This document shows positions 1-9,230 of a stretch of 64,000 nucleotides of DNA, one piece after another. The notes under the pieces were generated by a model. It searched no databases. It was given only the letters and a program-made list of their open reading frames with translations, and was not told the DNA's origin. Position 1 is the stretch's first letter. Every line of letters starts with the position of its first letter. The position numbers were made by a program, and so were the translations under genes. This stretch comes from a virus, in IMG/VR virus record IMGVR_UViG_3300047560_000195, positions 2,623-66,622 of that record; one strand, 5' to 3'.

Positions 1-1209
1 AAGGCTAAGCTCTTATCCGAAAGTGGTCACACGGTAGAAGACCTGATGTCGAACCCAAAGCTGGCTGATGTGCTTAGGGAGTACGGGGTAGAACCTCCTA
101 CGAAAATAAGTGCAAGGACGGGTAAGGAAGCCTATGCGTTCTCCAAGACCGACTCTGAGTTCAACGCCCTACTGGAGCATGATGACATTAGGGTACAGGC
201 GGTAGTAGCCGCTCGACTTGGGGTGAAGTCTACGCTTGAGGAGACTCGTACGGAACGGTTCATTGCCATCGCTAAGAGAGGACCGATACCAGTTCCCTTA
301 AGGTATTACGCCGCTCACACGGGACGGTGGGGTGGGTCAGACAAAATCAACCTACAGAACCTTCCCTCACGTGGTGATAACGCAGGGAAGATTAAGAAAG
401 CAATCGAGGCACCTGAGGGCTACGTCATCATCGACTCGGACTCTTCGCAGATTGAAGCTCGAGTGCTGGCGTGGCTGGCTTGTCAGGAAGACTTGGTTGA
501 AGCGTTCCGTGAGGGACGTGACGTGTACAAAATCATGGCCTCTGCTATCTATGACAAACCTGAGGAGGAGATCACTAAGGAAGAACGGTTCATGGGTAAG
601 ACAGTAGTGCTTGGGTGCGGATACGGCCTTGGTGCTACGAAGTTCCGAGCATCGCTAGCGTTGCAGGGAGTCGATCTTACCCAAAAAGAATCGGAAGATA
701 TCATCAGTTCGTACCGTGAGAAGTACCCTAAGATCGTAGACCTGTGGAAACAGGCTAAGGTCATGATCGAGGAGCTTGCCAAGGAGGAGTCATCGCAGAT
801 AGGCCGTAAGGGTGTGCTGACCGTAGATTGGGAACAGGAAGGTATTTTGTTGCCTAGCGGTCTGTACCTACGTTACCCAGAATTACGTAAGCAGAACATC
901 GAGGGTGGCAAGACTGAGTACCAGTACAAGAGTCGCTACGGATGGAACAGAATTTACGGCGGTAAGGTGGTAGAAAACGTTTGCCAAGCCATCGCTAGGT
1001 GTATCATAGGCGAACAGATGATCCTCATCGCAAAGCGATACGAGGTGGTGCTGACGGTACACGATGCTATCGCTTGTATCGTAAAAGAAGAGGAGGCTGA
1101 CGAGGCGCAAGCGTATGTAGAACAGTGCATGCGTTGGGTTCCTGCGTGGGCTGAAGGTTTACCTGTTAACTGTGAAGCGAGGTATGGGAGGAGCTATGGC
1201 GAATGTTAA
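1..1209 (+). CDS. polA: DNA polymerase family A, C-terminal part (gene begins before the window)
   Basis: Motif A DSSQIEAR, motif B RFMGKTVVLGCGYG, motif C TVHD, TGRW...NLQN; frame open from base 1. Confidence 0.95.
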   Translation, partial: KAKLLSESGHTVEDLMSNPKLADVLREYGVEPPTKISARTGKEAYAFSKTDSEFNALLEHDDIRVQAVVAARLGVKSTLEETRTERFIAIAKRGPIPVPLRYYAAHTGRWGGSDKINLQNLPSRGDNAGKIKKAIEAPEGYVIIDSDSSQIEARVLAWLACQEDLVEAFREGRDVYKIMASAIYDKPEEEITKEERFMGKTVVLGCGYGLGATKFRASLALQGVDLTQKESEDIISSYREKYPKIVDLWKQAKVMIEELAKEESSQIGRKGVLTVDWEQEGILLPSGLYLRYPELRKQNIEGGKTEYQYKSRYGWNRIYGGKVVENVCQAIARCIIGEQMILIAKRYEVVLTVHDAIACIVKEEEADEAQAYVEQCMRWVPAWAEGLPVNCEARYGRSYGEC

Positions 1210-1480
1210 CGTGCTGGAAGAGGCACAGGACATCATCTACGGGGACCGTGAAAAGACTTACGGCAAACCTAGTAAAAACCTCACCTGCATCGCAGAGATG
1301 TGGGCAGCGTACCTAACTAACCGCTTCGGTTATGAGGACACATTAGGGCTTAACGCTAAAGATGTAGCAGTAATGATGACGCTTCTTAAATGCGCTAGGC
1401 TTGCAAACACACCGGGGCACAGAGATTCTCTGGTCGATGGAGCTGCGTATTTGGCTTTGGTGGAACGTTGCGACGAATGA
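1196..1480 (+). CDS. DUF6378-like all-alpha protein (nucleotide pyrophosphohydrolase-like)
   Basis: DREKTYG.P...IAEMW...DVAVMMTLLKCAR...DSLVDGAAY pattern; GGAGGA RBS before ATG 1196. Confidence 0.7.
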   Translation: MANVNVLEEAQDIIYGDREKTYGKPSKNLTCIAEMWAAYLTNRFGYEDTLGLNAKDVAVMMTLLKCARLANTPGHRDSLVDGAAYLALVERCDE

Positions 1481-1492
1481 GCGTAATGAACT

Positions 1493-1747
1493 ATGGAAGC
1501 AGCAATATGCCCCCAATGCGGGAAAGGGTTCTATAAAGATGAACCATGGAAACGTGTTTGCTTAGGATGTTACATAAGCAGGAAGCGAAAAGAGGAGAAA
1601 GTAGATACGTTTAAACCGACAACCAAATCAGTTTACATAGACAAAGAACTATTAGGTAAGCTGGTAATACTATGCCATCCGGACAAACATAATGGATCCC
1701 AAATGGCTACTGAGGTAACCCAAAAACTATTACAAATGAGAAGATGA
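1493..1747 (+). CDS. Zinc-ribbon plus truncated J-domain (HPD) protein
   Basis: CPQC...CLGC, then LCHPDKHNG flanked by helices. Confidence 0.6.
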   Translation: MEAAICPQCGKGFYKDEPWKRVCLGCYISRKRKEEKVDTFKPTTKSVYIDKELLGKLVILCHPDKHNGSQMATEVTQKLLQMRR

Positions 1748-2412
1748 GTAAATCCCCGTCATGGTCGTTTTCTTCAATCAAGCAGTTCGACAATTGTCCT
1801 AAGCAGTATTATCACCTGAAGGTGCTCAAGGAACACCCGATGGAGGAGACGGAAGCCATCCTCTACGGGAATAGGTTCCACAAGGCTGCTGAAGAATACG
1901 TTCGTGACGGGAAAGATCTACCAAAGGAGTTCGAGCCTTACCGTGCGGCACTCGACAAGATCGTGGAGAAGTATCCCGGTGAGGTCCATTGCGAGTTGAA
2001 GTTCGCACTTGATGAGAACTTGGAACCGTGCTCGTTTAAGTCCAAGGAGGCATGGTGGCGAGGGATCGCCGACTTATTGATTATCAACGGAGACAGGGCA
2101 TTCTGCGTTGACTACAAGACCGGATCTGCTAAGTATGCGGATCAAGGTCAGCTGGAGCTGATGGCTCTTGCGGTGTTTAAGCACTACCCGCATGTCAAGA
2201 AAGTGAAGGCGGGGTTGTTCTTCGTAGTAGGGCGTAGCTTCCCAAAGGTTAGATTTAAGTTCGAAGAACAGGACATACTGTGGATCAAGTGGTTCAAGAG
2301 TTATGGGCAGTTACGTACGGCCCATGAAACAGGGGTGTTCAACCCCAGACCTAGTGGGTTGTGTAAGAAGCACTGCCCCGTATTGGAGTGCGTACACAAT
2401 GGGAGAAACTGA
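1744..2412 (+). CDS. PD-(D/E)XK exonuclease (Cas4/RecB-like, phage type)
   Basis: WSFSSIKQFDNCP, GNRFH, RGIADLL..VDYKTG, QLELMA, C-terminal CKKHCPVLEC. Confidence 0.85.
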   Translation: MSKSPSWSFSSIKQFDNCPKQYYHLKVLKEHPMEETEAILYGNRFHKAAEEYVRDGKDLPKEFEPYRAALDKIVEKYPGEVHCELKFALDENLEPCSFKSKEAWWRGIADLLIINGDRAFCVDYKTGSAKYADQGQLELMALAVFKHYPHVKKVKAGLFFVVGRSFPKVRFKFEEQDILWIKWFKSYGQLRTAHETGVFNPRPSGLCKKHCPVLECVHNGRN

Positions 2413-2726
2413 TGCCCTATGTAAATAAACCTAGACCCTACAAGAAAGAATACCAGCAGCAGGTAGCACGAGAAGAACTACCTAGGCGTATGGAGCGACA
2501 GAAGTTGCGCCGTAAGTTCGACAAGACCCATCCTGATAAGAACGGGAACGGCGAGGCTGATGCACGTGAAGGTAAAGACCTAGCGCACAAGAAGGCGTTA
2601 GATAAGGGTGGCTCTAATAAGAACGGGTACACCGTCCAGAGCCCGAGTAAGAACAGATCATTTAAAAGAGACGGGAAGAGTAACCTAGTCTCTGAAACGA
2701 GTAAGCGCGAACGCAAGCGCAAATAG
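2412..2726 (+). CDS. Small basic HNH-like endonuclease
   Basis: RPYKKEY, GKDLAHKKALDKGGSN...NRS degenerate HNH pattern common beside phage helicases. Confidence 0.6.
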   Translation: MPYVNKPRPYKKEYQQQVAREELPRRMERQKLRRKFDKTHPDKNGNGEADAREGKDLAHKKALDKGGSNKNGYTVQSPSKNRSFKRDGKSNLVSETSKRERKRK

Positions 2727-2907
2727 ACCTATGTGGGAGTAGGTTAGCCGTAAGGTATGAGTGGGCTAACCGGGTAGTTTGCGACCTACTTTAAACCGTA
2801 CCAGCTGACACCACCTCTCTCCAATTCTGTTGCTCGGTGGGGAATCAGTACGGAAGTACGGCGTAGGCAGGGAATAGGGCCTGTTTACGTCGCTTTCGTT
2901 CGTCTAT
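2723..2907 (+). ncRNA. Candidate multi-stem structured RNA / helicase 5' leader
   Basis: Nested stems ATAGAC/GTCTAT, GGTTAGCC/GGCTAACC, CCGTAC/GTACGG, CCACC/GGTGG, CGTAGGCAGG/CCTGTTTACG (G-U pairs on + strand). Confidence 0.55.
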
Positions 2908-2923
2908 AAGAAAGGAGAACACC

Positions 2924-4474
2924 ATGCAAGTAATTGATAACAAAGCATTATTACTAAACGTACGTAACCCCGGACGCATCACAACTGTCATCCCAAAGAG
3001 CAAGGATCTAGGTGACGGTAAGGTTCTAGTTAACTGGAACCTAGAAGAAGCACAGGTGCTCAAGAACCTGAAGATTAAGAACGTACCCTCCCCCATCATG
3101 GGGAAGTACCAATGGACCGGACGGTATGCACCGTTCGAACACCAGAAGAACACAGCCTCATTCCTCACTCTGCACAAAAGAGCGTTCTGCCTCAACGAGC
3201 AGGGGACTGGGAAAACTGGCTCAGCGATCTGGGCCGCTGACTATCTGATGAAACTCGGCAAGGTCAGACGTGCCCTTATTATATGCCCCCTATCTATTAT
3301 GGACGCAGCATGGAGATCGGACTTGTTCAAGTTCGCCATGCACAGGACAGTAGACATAGCGCATTCGAGTGGGGTGAAGGCCAAGGAGAAACGCCAGCAG
3401 ATCATCAACTCAGATGCCGAGTTCGTAATCATCAACTATGACGGTGTGGATATCGTCAAGGAAGACATCAAGAAGGCTGGGTTCGACCTCATCATTGTGG
3501 ACGAGGCCAACGCCTACAAGAACAGCCAGACTACGAGATGGAAAACCCTTAACAGTATTCTGACTCCTGATACATGGCTATGGATGATGACCGGCACACC
3601 TGCCGCTCAGTCACCTCTGGACGCATACGGTCTGGCTAAGCTCGTTAATCCTAAGAACGTACCTCAGTTCTTCACTACGTTCAAAGACATGGTGATGTAC
3701 AAGGTCACTACGTTCAAATGGATGACCAGACCCAACGCCGAGAAGATCATATTCGAGGCATTGCAGCCAGCCATCAGGTACACGAAGGAAGAGTGCCTTG
3801 ATCTACCCGAGATCACATACACGACCCGACACGTAGAACTCACTACACAGCAGAAGAAGTATTACGACCTGCTCCGGAAGAAGCTGGTTGTGCAGACAGC
3901 AGGGGAGCAAGTCACGGCAGTCAACGCTGCGGTAGGTATGAACAAGCTCTTGCAAATATCCTGTGGTGCTGTTTATTCCGATAGCGGTGAGACTTTAGAG
4001 TTCGATATTAAAAACCGTTATAAGGTTCTCACTGAGGTCATCGAGGAGAGCAACCACAAGATCCTCATCTTCGTGCCGTTTAAGCACACGATTGATCTAC
4101 TCCATCAAAAGCTGACAGAGGACAAGCACACGTGCGAGATCATCCGAGGCTCTGTAAGTGCCGGTGCCCGTGCGGATATCTTCAAGCGATTCCAATCTCA
4201 ACCGGACCCGCGTATCCTGCTCATTCAACCTCAAGCGGCAGCGCATGGAGTGACGCTGACCGAAGCAGACACGATCGTATGGTGGGGGCCAACTTCCAGT
4301 CTTGATATTTACGCACAGGCTAATGCCCGAGCGCACCGGGCCGGTCTGCGCCATCCTGTCACCGTAGTTAATCTCCAAGGCTCAAACGCAGAGAAACACA
4401 TTTACTCAATGTTAAATAACCGTATTAACGAAAACGGAAAGTTAGTCGAGCTTTACAAGAATTTACTTGACTAA
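2924..4474 (+). CDS. SNF2-family (SF2) helicase
   Basis: EQGTGKT (I), IIVDEA (II), MTGTP (III), HGVTLT (V), QANARAHRAG (VI); AAGGAG RBS. Confidence 0.92.
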   Translation: MQVIDNKALLLNVRNPGRITTVIPKSKDLGDGKVLVNWNLEEAQVLKNLKIKNVPSPIMGKYQWTGRYAPFEHQKNTASFLTLHKRAFCLNEQGTGKTGSAIWAADYLMKLGKVRRALIICPLSIMDAAWRSDLFKFAMHRTVDIAHSSGVKAKEKRQQIINSDAEFVIINYDGVDIVKEDIKKAGFDLIIVDEANAYKNSQTTRWKTLNSILTPDTWLWMMTGTPAAQSPLDAYGLAKLVNPKNVPQFFTTFKDMVMYKVTTFKWMTRPNAEKIIFEALQPAIRYTKEECLDLPEITYTTRHVELTTQQKKYYDLLRKKLVVQTAGEQVTAVNAAVGMNKLLQISCGAVYSDSGETLEFDIKNRYKVLTEVIEESNHKILIFVPFKHTIDLLHQKLTEDKHTCEIIRGSVSAGARADIFKRFQSQPDPRILLIQPQAAAHGVTLTEADTIVWWGPTSSLDIYAQANARAHRAGLRHPVTVVNLQGSNAEKHIYSMLNNRINENGKLVELYKNLLD

Positions 4475-4496
4475 ACCACGATTTGATAGGTAGCAT
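4467..4496 (+). promoter_or_regulatory. Sigma70-type promoter
   Basis: TTGACT-18 nt-TAGCAT upstream of 4538. Confidence 0.5.
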
Positions 4497-4537
4497 TGAC
4501 ACATCGGCGTTAGACCGAGTACGACTAGGAGAACAAA

Positions 4538-4927
4538 ATGTCAGAGCCATCATTAGAATCGCTCATCCGTGTATTTAACCGGATGCGTGATAAGCGTGAC
4601 CAATTCGAAGCCGAAGTAAAAGCTCTCGAAAAGAAGATGCAAACCGTGAAGACCGCTATCAACGATGCGATGCGGGAGTCCGATCTTGAGAGCGTAAAGA
4701 CCGCTGCTGGCTTAGCCTACCGCACTGTTAAGACTACCTACTCAGTAGCCGACTGGACTTTAATGCACGGCTTCGTGCTGGAGCACCAGATACCGGAATT
4801 GCTAGAGAAACGTCTGCATCAGGGCAACGTAAAGAAATACCTTGAAGAGCATCCGGAAGACGTACCTCCGGGGCTTAACTCAACTATGGAGTACTCCATT
4901 ACCATCAAGAGAGGTAAGAATGACTAA
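4538..4927 (+). CDS. Conserved phage replication-module coiled-coil protein
   Basis: Coiled coil, then SVKTAAG...DW..FV...ELLEKRL...PPGLN; GGAGAACA RBS. Confidence 0.7.
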   Translation: MSEPSLESLIRVFNRMRDKRDQFEAEVKALEKKMQTVKTAINDAMRESDLESVKTAAGLAYRTVKTTYSVADWTLMHGFVLEHQIPELLEKRLHQGNVKKYLEEHPEDVPPGLNSTMEYSITIKRGKND

Positions 4928-5159
4928 CGAACCGTATGTAGGCATCGAGGAGCTAGCGAAGCACTTCTCGGTGTCCGTCTCAACCGTAAGGAAATGGTTG
5001 AGAAAAGATATGATTCCAGCGTTGAAATTGGACGGTGTGTTCAGGTTTAAGCGCAGCGAAGTGGAAGAAGCTCTCCGTAAGTTTGTGGCGGAGAACGATG
5101 GTGTTAAGGAAGACGGTACACAAGCAGACATTAGTTTTGACCCTAACGAAGACTTCTAG
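4920..5159 (+). CDS. Excisionase/MerR-like HTH DNA-binding protein
   Basis: IEELAKHFSVSVSTVRKWLRKDMIPALKLDGVFRF. Confidence 0.8.
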   Translation: MTNEPYVGIEELAKHFSVSVSTVRKWLRKDMIPALKLDGVFRFKRSEVEEALRKFVAENDGVKEDGTQADISFDPNEDF

Positions 5160-5168
5160 GAGAACAAA

Positions 5169-6098
5169 ATGGGTGATGTAGTTTTATTCAAAGGCGGTCT
5201 ACCCTCGTTCATTAAACGTGGTGTAGATGACATGACTCGTGCTCTGGCTGGCGGTGGCCTTGGCATGCGTCGAATTAGCATCAAAGGAAATGCTTTCCGT
5301 GAAATCGTAGGCGGTAAGGAATACCGCGTATCTGAAGAACGGGCGATTAACGTATTCATCGTTAAGTCAGCCGAGCATATCTCTCGTACCTACTACAAGG
5401 GTACTTATTCAGATGGTGAGGCAGTGCCTCCAACATGCTGGTCAACCGATGGGAACCGTCCCGATGCTGACGTAAAGAACAAGCAATGTGATACCTGCCA
5501 GAAATGTCCTATGAACATCAAGGGATCAGGGCAGGGTGACACACGAGCATGCCGTTATAGCCAACGTCTGGCTGTAGTTCTCGAAGGTGAGATTGAGAAG
5601 GAAGAGGTATACCAGCTTACGGTTCCTGCTACTTCTATCTTCGGTGACGGGGAAGGCGCTAACAAGATGCCGCTTCAGGCGTATGCCAAGTGGCTTGTTA
5701 AGGAAGGCATCCCGGCATGTGCCGTAGTTACCGAACTCCGGTTCGACATCAAGAGCCCTGTTCCTAAGCTGTTCTTCCGTCCAATTCGTGAAGTAAACGA
5801 AGAGGAGTACGAGATCATTGAACGTCTTATGGAATCAGAAGACGCCGCTCGTGCGGTGACTATGACCGTATCTCAGGCAGATAACGTACCTGCTGAAGAG
5901 GAAGAAGAGGCACCTGCACCTAAGGCCGCACCTAAGAAGCCTGCACCTGCTACGAAACCTGATCCTGTGGAGGAGGACGAGGAGGAAGAGGAAGAAGAGG
6001 CACCTGTAGAAGAGCCCAAGAAAGCCGCACCGAAGAAGACCGCTGCCGTACCTGCGGAGTCCAAATTAGAGGACTTGGTAGACGAGTGGGATGACTGA
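5169..6098 (+). CDS. Putative single-stranded DNA-binding/recombination protein
   Basis: RRISIKG..F, Cys cluster, long Ala/Pro/Lys/Glu linker and acidic DEWDD tail; lies between helicase and primase. Confidence 0.65.
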   Translation: MGDVVLFKGGLPSFIKRGVDDMTRALAGGGLGMRRISIKGNAFREIVGGKEYRVSEERAINVFIVKSAEHISRTYYKGTYSDGEAVPPTCWSTDGNRPDADVKNKQCDTCQKCPMNIKGSGQGDTRACRYSQRLAVVLEGEIEKEEVYQLTVPATSIFGDGEGANKMPLQAYAKWLVKEGIPACAVVTELRFDIKSPVPKLFFRPIREVNEEEYEIIERLMESEDAARAVTMTVSQADNVPAEEEEEAPAPKAAPKKPAPATKPDPVEEDEEEEEEEAPVEEPKKAAPKKTAAVPAESKLEDLVDEWDD

Positions 6099-6108
6099 TT
6101 AACAGTCT

Positions 6109-6139
6109 GGGGGTGGGGTAGGCTCACCCCCTTTACTTC
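6109..6139 (+). terminator. Weak intrinsic terminator/attenuator after the SSB-like gene
   Basis: GGGGGTGGG-gtagg-CTCACCCCC then TTTACTT. Confidence 0.5.
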
Positions 6140-6151
6140 TTCAAGGTGGGT

Positions 6152-8989
6152 ATGGACAACTTAGACTTTTTACCAAAAGTTCTAGGAGATGAAGGCTACT
6201 ACTGCATAGTCGGACTAAAAAAGGGCTCTGATAAACCTGTTCAGAAGTTCTATTCGAATCTCGATGATGCCATCAAGGTAGCAGAAGAACTGTGCGAAAA
6301 CGGTTATGACTCGTACTACGCACTAGCAACTTTTGAAAATGCCAAGTCCCGCAGAACAACCAACGTACACCAGCTACGTTCACTTTTTATTGACCTCGAT
6401 TGTGGCATAGGTAAGCCTTATGAGAACCAAGAGTTAGCAGTCAAAGACCTCAAGCGGTTCTGTAAAGAATCAGGGATGCCCAAGCCTTACCTTGTTAACT
6501 CAGGGGGAGGCGTTCACGCATACTGGCCGCTAGAAACCCCAGTTTCAAGGGACGAGTGGCTACCTTTAGCAGAACAACTTAAGAGTATCTGTGATGACTA
6601 CAACCTATATGCAGACCCGGTTGTAACGGCAGATAGCGCCCGTATTCTCCGGGTGCCGGGGACCAAGAACTATAAGGAAGAAGATCCACGCCTAGTCAAA
6701 ATTTTCTATACCGGGGCTGAATCCGGTTCTGTAGATTCGTATAAGGCTGTACTTGGCGAGCCAATTAAATTCAAGAGATCGTACGCTCCAAGAGGAGAAC
6801 TCGATCCTGTTACGAAAGCACTGTTAGGTAATCGCCAGAACTTCTTCAAGAACATCGTGCTGAAGACCCTAAAGGGTGACGGGTGCGAACAGATCAGGTA
6901 CATCATGGAGCACCAAGCGACCATGAGTGAACCTATGTGGCGTGCCGGATTGTCAATCGCCAAGTACTGCGAAGACGTAGATAAAGCGGTTGAACGCATC
7001 TCTAAAGGACACCCAGATTACGACCCCGCCACGATGCACCGTAAGGTGGAGAACATTAAGAAGGGTCCGTATACGTGCGAGAAGATCGATTCGTTTAATC
7101 CGGGGGTATGCCCCAAATGCCCTCATTGGGGTGAGATCAAGTCCCCCATCGTATTGGGTAAGGAGATCGCTGAAGCTACAGATGAGGACAACATTGTTGA
7201 AGACGTGCTGTCAGGAGTAGACCAAGGGCATACACAGACCTATATCATCCCGAAGTTTCCGGCACCGTACTTCAGGGGTAAAACCGGGGGAGTCTATAAA
7301 CGAATAATAAAACAAGACGACGAGATTGAAGTCCTGATCTACCACAACGACATCTACGTAGTGCGTAGGCTGGACGATCCAGAGTTAGGGGAAAGCATAG
7401 TAATAAGACTACATCTACCCAAGGACGGGGTAAGAGAATTCACGATGCCACTTACGGCGGTGTCTTCCAAGGATGAATTCAGAAAATACGTAGCGGCTCG
7501 TGGTGTAGCCATGGTTAAGACAGACGAGTTGTCTGCTTACATATTAGCGTGGGTGAACAGTATGCAATACGACGACAAGGTGAACACTGCACACAGGCAG
7601 TTTGGTTGGGTAGACGATACCCATACCTCTTTTATTCTAGGAGACAAAGAAATTGGAGCGGAACGGGTTGACTTCAACCCACCAACAGCCGTGACCAACC
7701 ACCTCTTCAAAGCGTTTAAACCTAAGGGTTCGTTAGAAGTGTGGAAGAAAACGATGGAGTTCTATAACCAACCCGGTATGGAAGTTCATCAATTCATCAT
7801 CGGGATGTCATTCGGGTCAATCTTCACAGACTTCACAGCCATCAACGCAGCTCTCCTGCACGTATTCAGTCCAGACTCAGGTATCGGTAAGACCACAGCA
7901 CTCAACGCAGGTGCCAGTATTTGGGGAGATCCGACCAAGCTGGTACTAAAAGAATCCGACACGACCTACTCCAAGATGAACCGTGCGGAGGTATACAACA
8001 ACCTCTTCCTCCCACTCGATGAGCTGACCAATTCCAGCGCCAAAGATATCAGCGACTTCATCTACGCATTCACATCGGGGATGCAGCGTAATCGACTAAC
8101 CATGTCAGCTAACCAAGAACGAGTTCGTGGAGAACCTTGGAAGCTCTTGGCTGCTAGTACCGGAAACACCTCTGTAGTAGAAAAAATGGGTACGTACAAA
8201 GCTCTACCAAAAGGAGAGACGATGCGTATCTTGGAGGTCAGGGCTACACCTGTAGAAGGTCTGAATAAGATAGACACTGATAGACTCAGCACCGAGTTGT
8301 TTAACAACTACGGGCATGCTGCGGTTCCTTACCTACAGTTTGTGATGCAGAACATCACCGAGATTAAGGCTCTATATGAGACGACTCGGCAGAAGCTGGA
8401 CGCCTCGCTGAAGTTTAGTTACATGGAGCGGTTCTATTCGGTGCTGGTTGCCGATGCGTTCATGGGTTTGATGATGGCGAAGCGAGCTGGGTTGGTTGAC
8501 TACGACCTGAAGAACCTGCATCGTTGGTTGAAGGACGTAGCACAGGCGGCGCATGTGCGAGTTGAATCTATGAAGATTGACCCTGAGACTGTAGTTACCA
8601 CCTACCTCGCTGAGAACTACAACAACATCCTGCGAATCAAAAGCACCGAGGACTCTAGGGTTAAGGGTAAGGAAGCCATGATGGACCACTTAGTAGTCCC
8701 AGATGCTACCCCTCGTGGGCAGTTCGTAGCTCGGTATGAATATGACTTACGCCACTTGTTCCTCTACCCCGGTCCATTCAAAGATTGGTGTGTGCGTAAG
8801 CAGATTTCATTCGAAGGCCTTATAGACTCCATGAAAACTAACGGTAATAAGGCTAAGACGATTAAGAAGCGCATGGGTAAAGGCACCCGACTTAATGAGG
8901 GCGCTACTGATGTGATCTTCATTGACTGTACTGGATTCAATACCGATGAAGAGATGGGTACGACCGTCGAAGAGGAATCTACCTCCTAA
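6152..8989 (+). CDS. Primase-helicase (AEP/RepB-like primase, DUF927-like region, P-loop ATPase)
   Basis: FIDLDCG, VNSGGGVHAYW, RILRVPGT; Cys cluster; QFGW; Walker A SGIGKT; LPLDE. Confidence 0.85.
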   Translation: MDNLDFLPKVLGDEGYYCIVGLKKGSDKPVQKFYSNLDDAIKVAEELCENGYDSYYALATFENAKSRRTTNVHQLRSLFIDLDCGIGKPYENQELAVKDLKRFCKESGMPKPYLVNSGGGVHAYWPLETPVSRDEWLPLAEQLKSICDDYNLYADPVVTADSARILRVPGTKNYKEEDPRLVKIFYTGAESGSVDSYKAVLGEPIKFKRSYAPRGELDPVTKALLGNRQNFFKNIVLKTLKGDGCEQIRYIMEHQATMSEPMWRAGLSIAKYCEDVDKAVERISKGHPDYDPATMHRKVENIKKGPYTCEKIDSFNPGVCPKCPHWGEIKSPIVLGKEIAEATDEDNIVEDVLSGVDQGHTQTYIIPKFPAPYFRGKTGGVYKRIIKQDDEIEVLIYHNDIYVVRRLDDPELGESIVIRLHLPKDGVREFTMPLTAVSSKDEFRKYVAARGVAMVKTDELSAYILAWVNSMQYDDKVNTAHRQFGWVDDTHTSFILGDKEIGAERVDFNPPTAVTNHLFKAFKPKGSLEVWKKTMEFYNQPGMEVHQFIIGMSFGSIFTDFTAINAALLHVFSPDSGIGKTTALNAGASIWGDPTKLVLKESDTTYSKMNRAEVYNNLFLPLDELTNSSAKDISDFIYAFTSGMQRNRLTMSANQERVRGEPWKLLAASTGNTSVVEKMGTYKALPKGETMRILEVRATPVEGLNKIDTDRLSTELFNNYGHAAVPYLQFVMQNITEIKALYETTRQKLDASLKFSYMERFYSVLVADAFMGLMMAKRAGLVDYDLKNLHRWLKDVAQAAHVRVESMKIDPETVVTTYLAENYNNILRIKSTEDSRVKGKEAMMDHLVVPDATPRGQFVARYEYDLRHLFLYPGPFKDWCVRKQISFEGLIDSMKTNGNKAKTIKKRMGKGTRLNEGATDVIFIDCTGFNTDEEMGTTVEEESTS

Positions 8990-9218
8990 GCAGTACACGA
9001 AGGCTACCGTAGATGGGATCGTATGCCCTGACGGTAAGCAGATAGCTGTTAGATGGGAACTATTGAAGCCGGGGATGTCAGTATTCATCCCCGCAGTGAA
9101 CTTAAAAAAGTTAGATAAACAGGTGAAAGGGGTAGCTAAAAAGAACGATTACGTTATAAAAGGAGCTGAGAGGATCGAAGGAGGCATTTTAGGAATGCGC
9201 TTTTGGAGACTATCGTGA
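8922..9218 (+). CDS. Hypothetical protein (start uncertain)
   Basis: Follows primase in the operon; C-terminal GILGMRFWR pattern typical of small phage proteins at this position. Confidence 0.55.
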   Translation: MTVLDSIPMKRWVRPSKRNLPPKQYTKATVDGIVCPDGKQIAVRWELLKPGMSVFIPAVNLKKLDKQVKGVAKKNDYVIKGAERIEGGILGMRFWRLS

Positions 9219-9224
9219 TATTCT
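9216..9224 (+). promoter_or_regulatory. Extended -10 element for candidate sRNA
   Basis: TG-A-TATTCT ending 7 nt before the first base of the hairpin at 9231; no clear -35. Confidence 0.4.
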
Positions 9225-9230
9225 ATTATT

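Noticed and set aside
4920-5159. Excisionase as proof of an integrating prophage
   Set aside because: No integrase, att site or host genes in the window; this HTH type is common in replication modules
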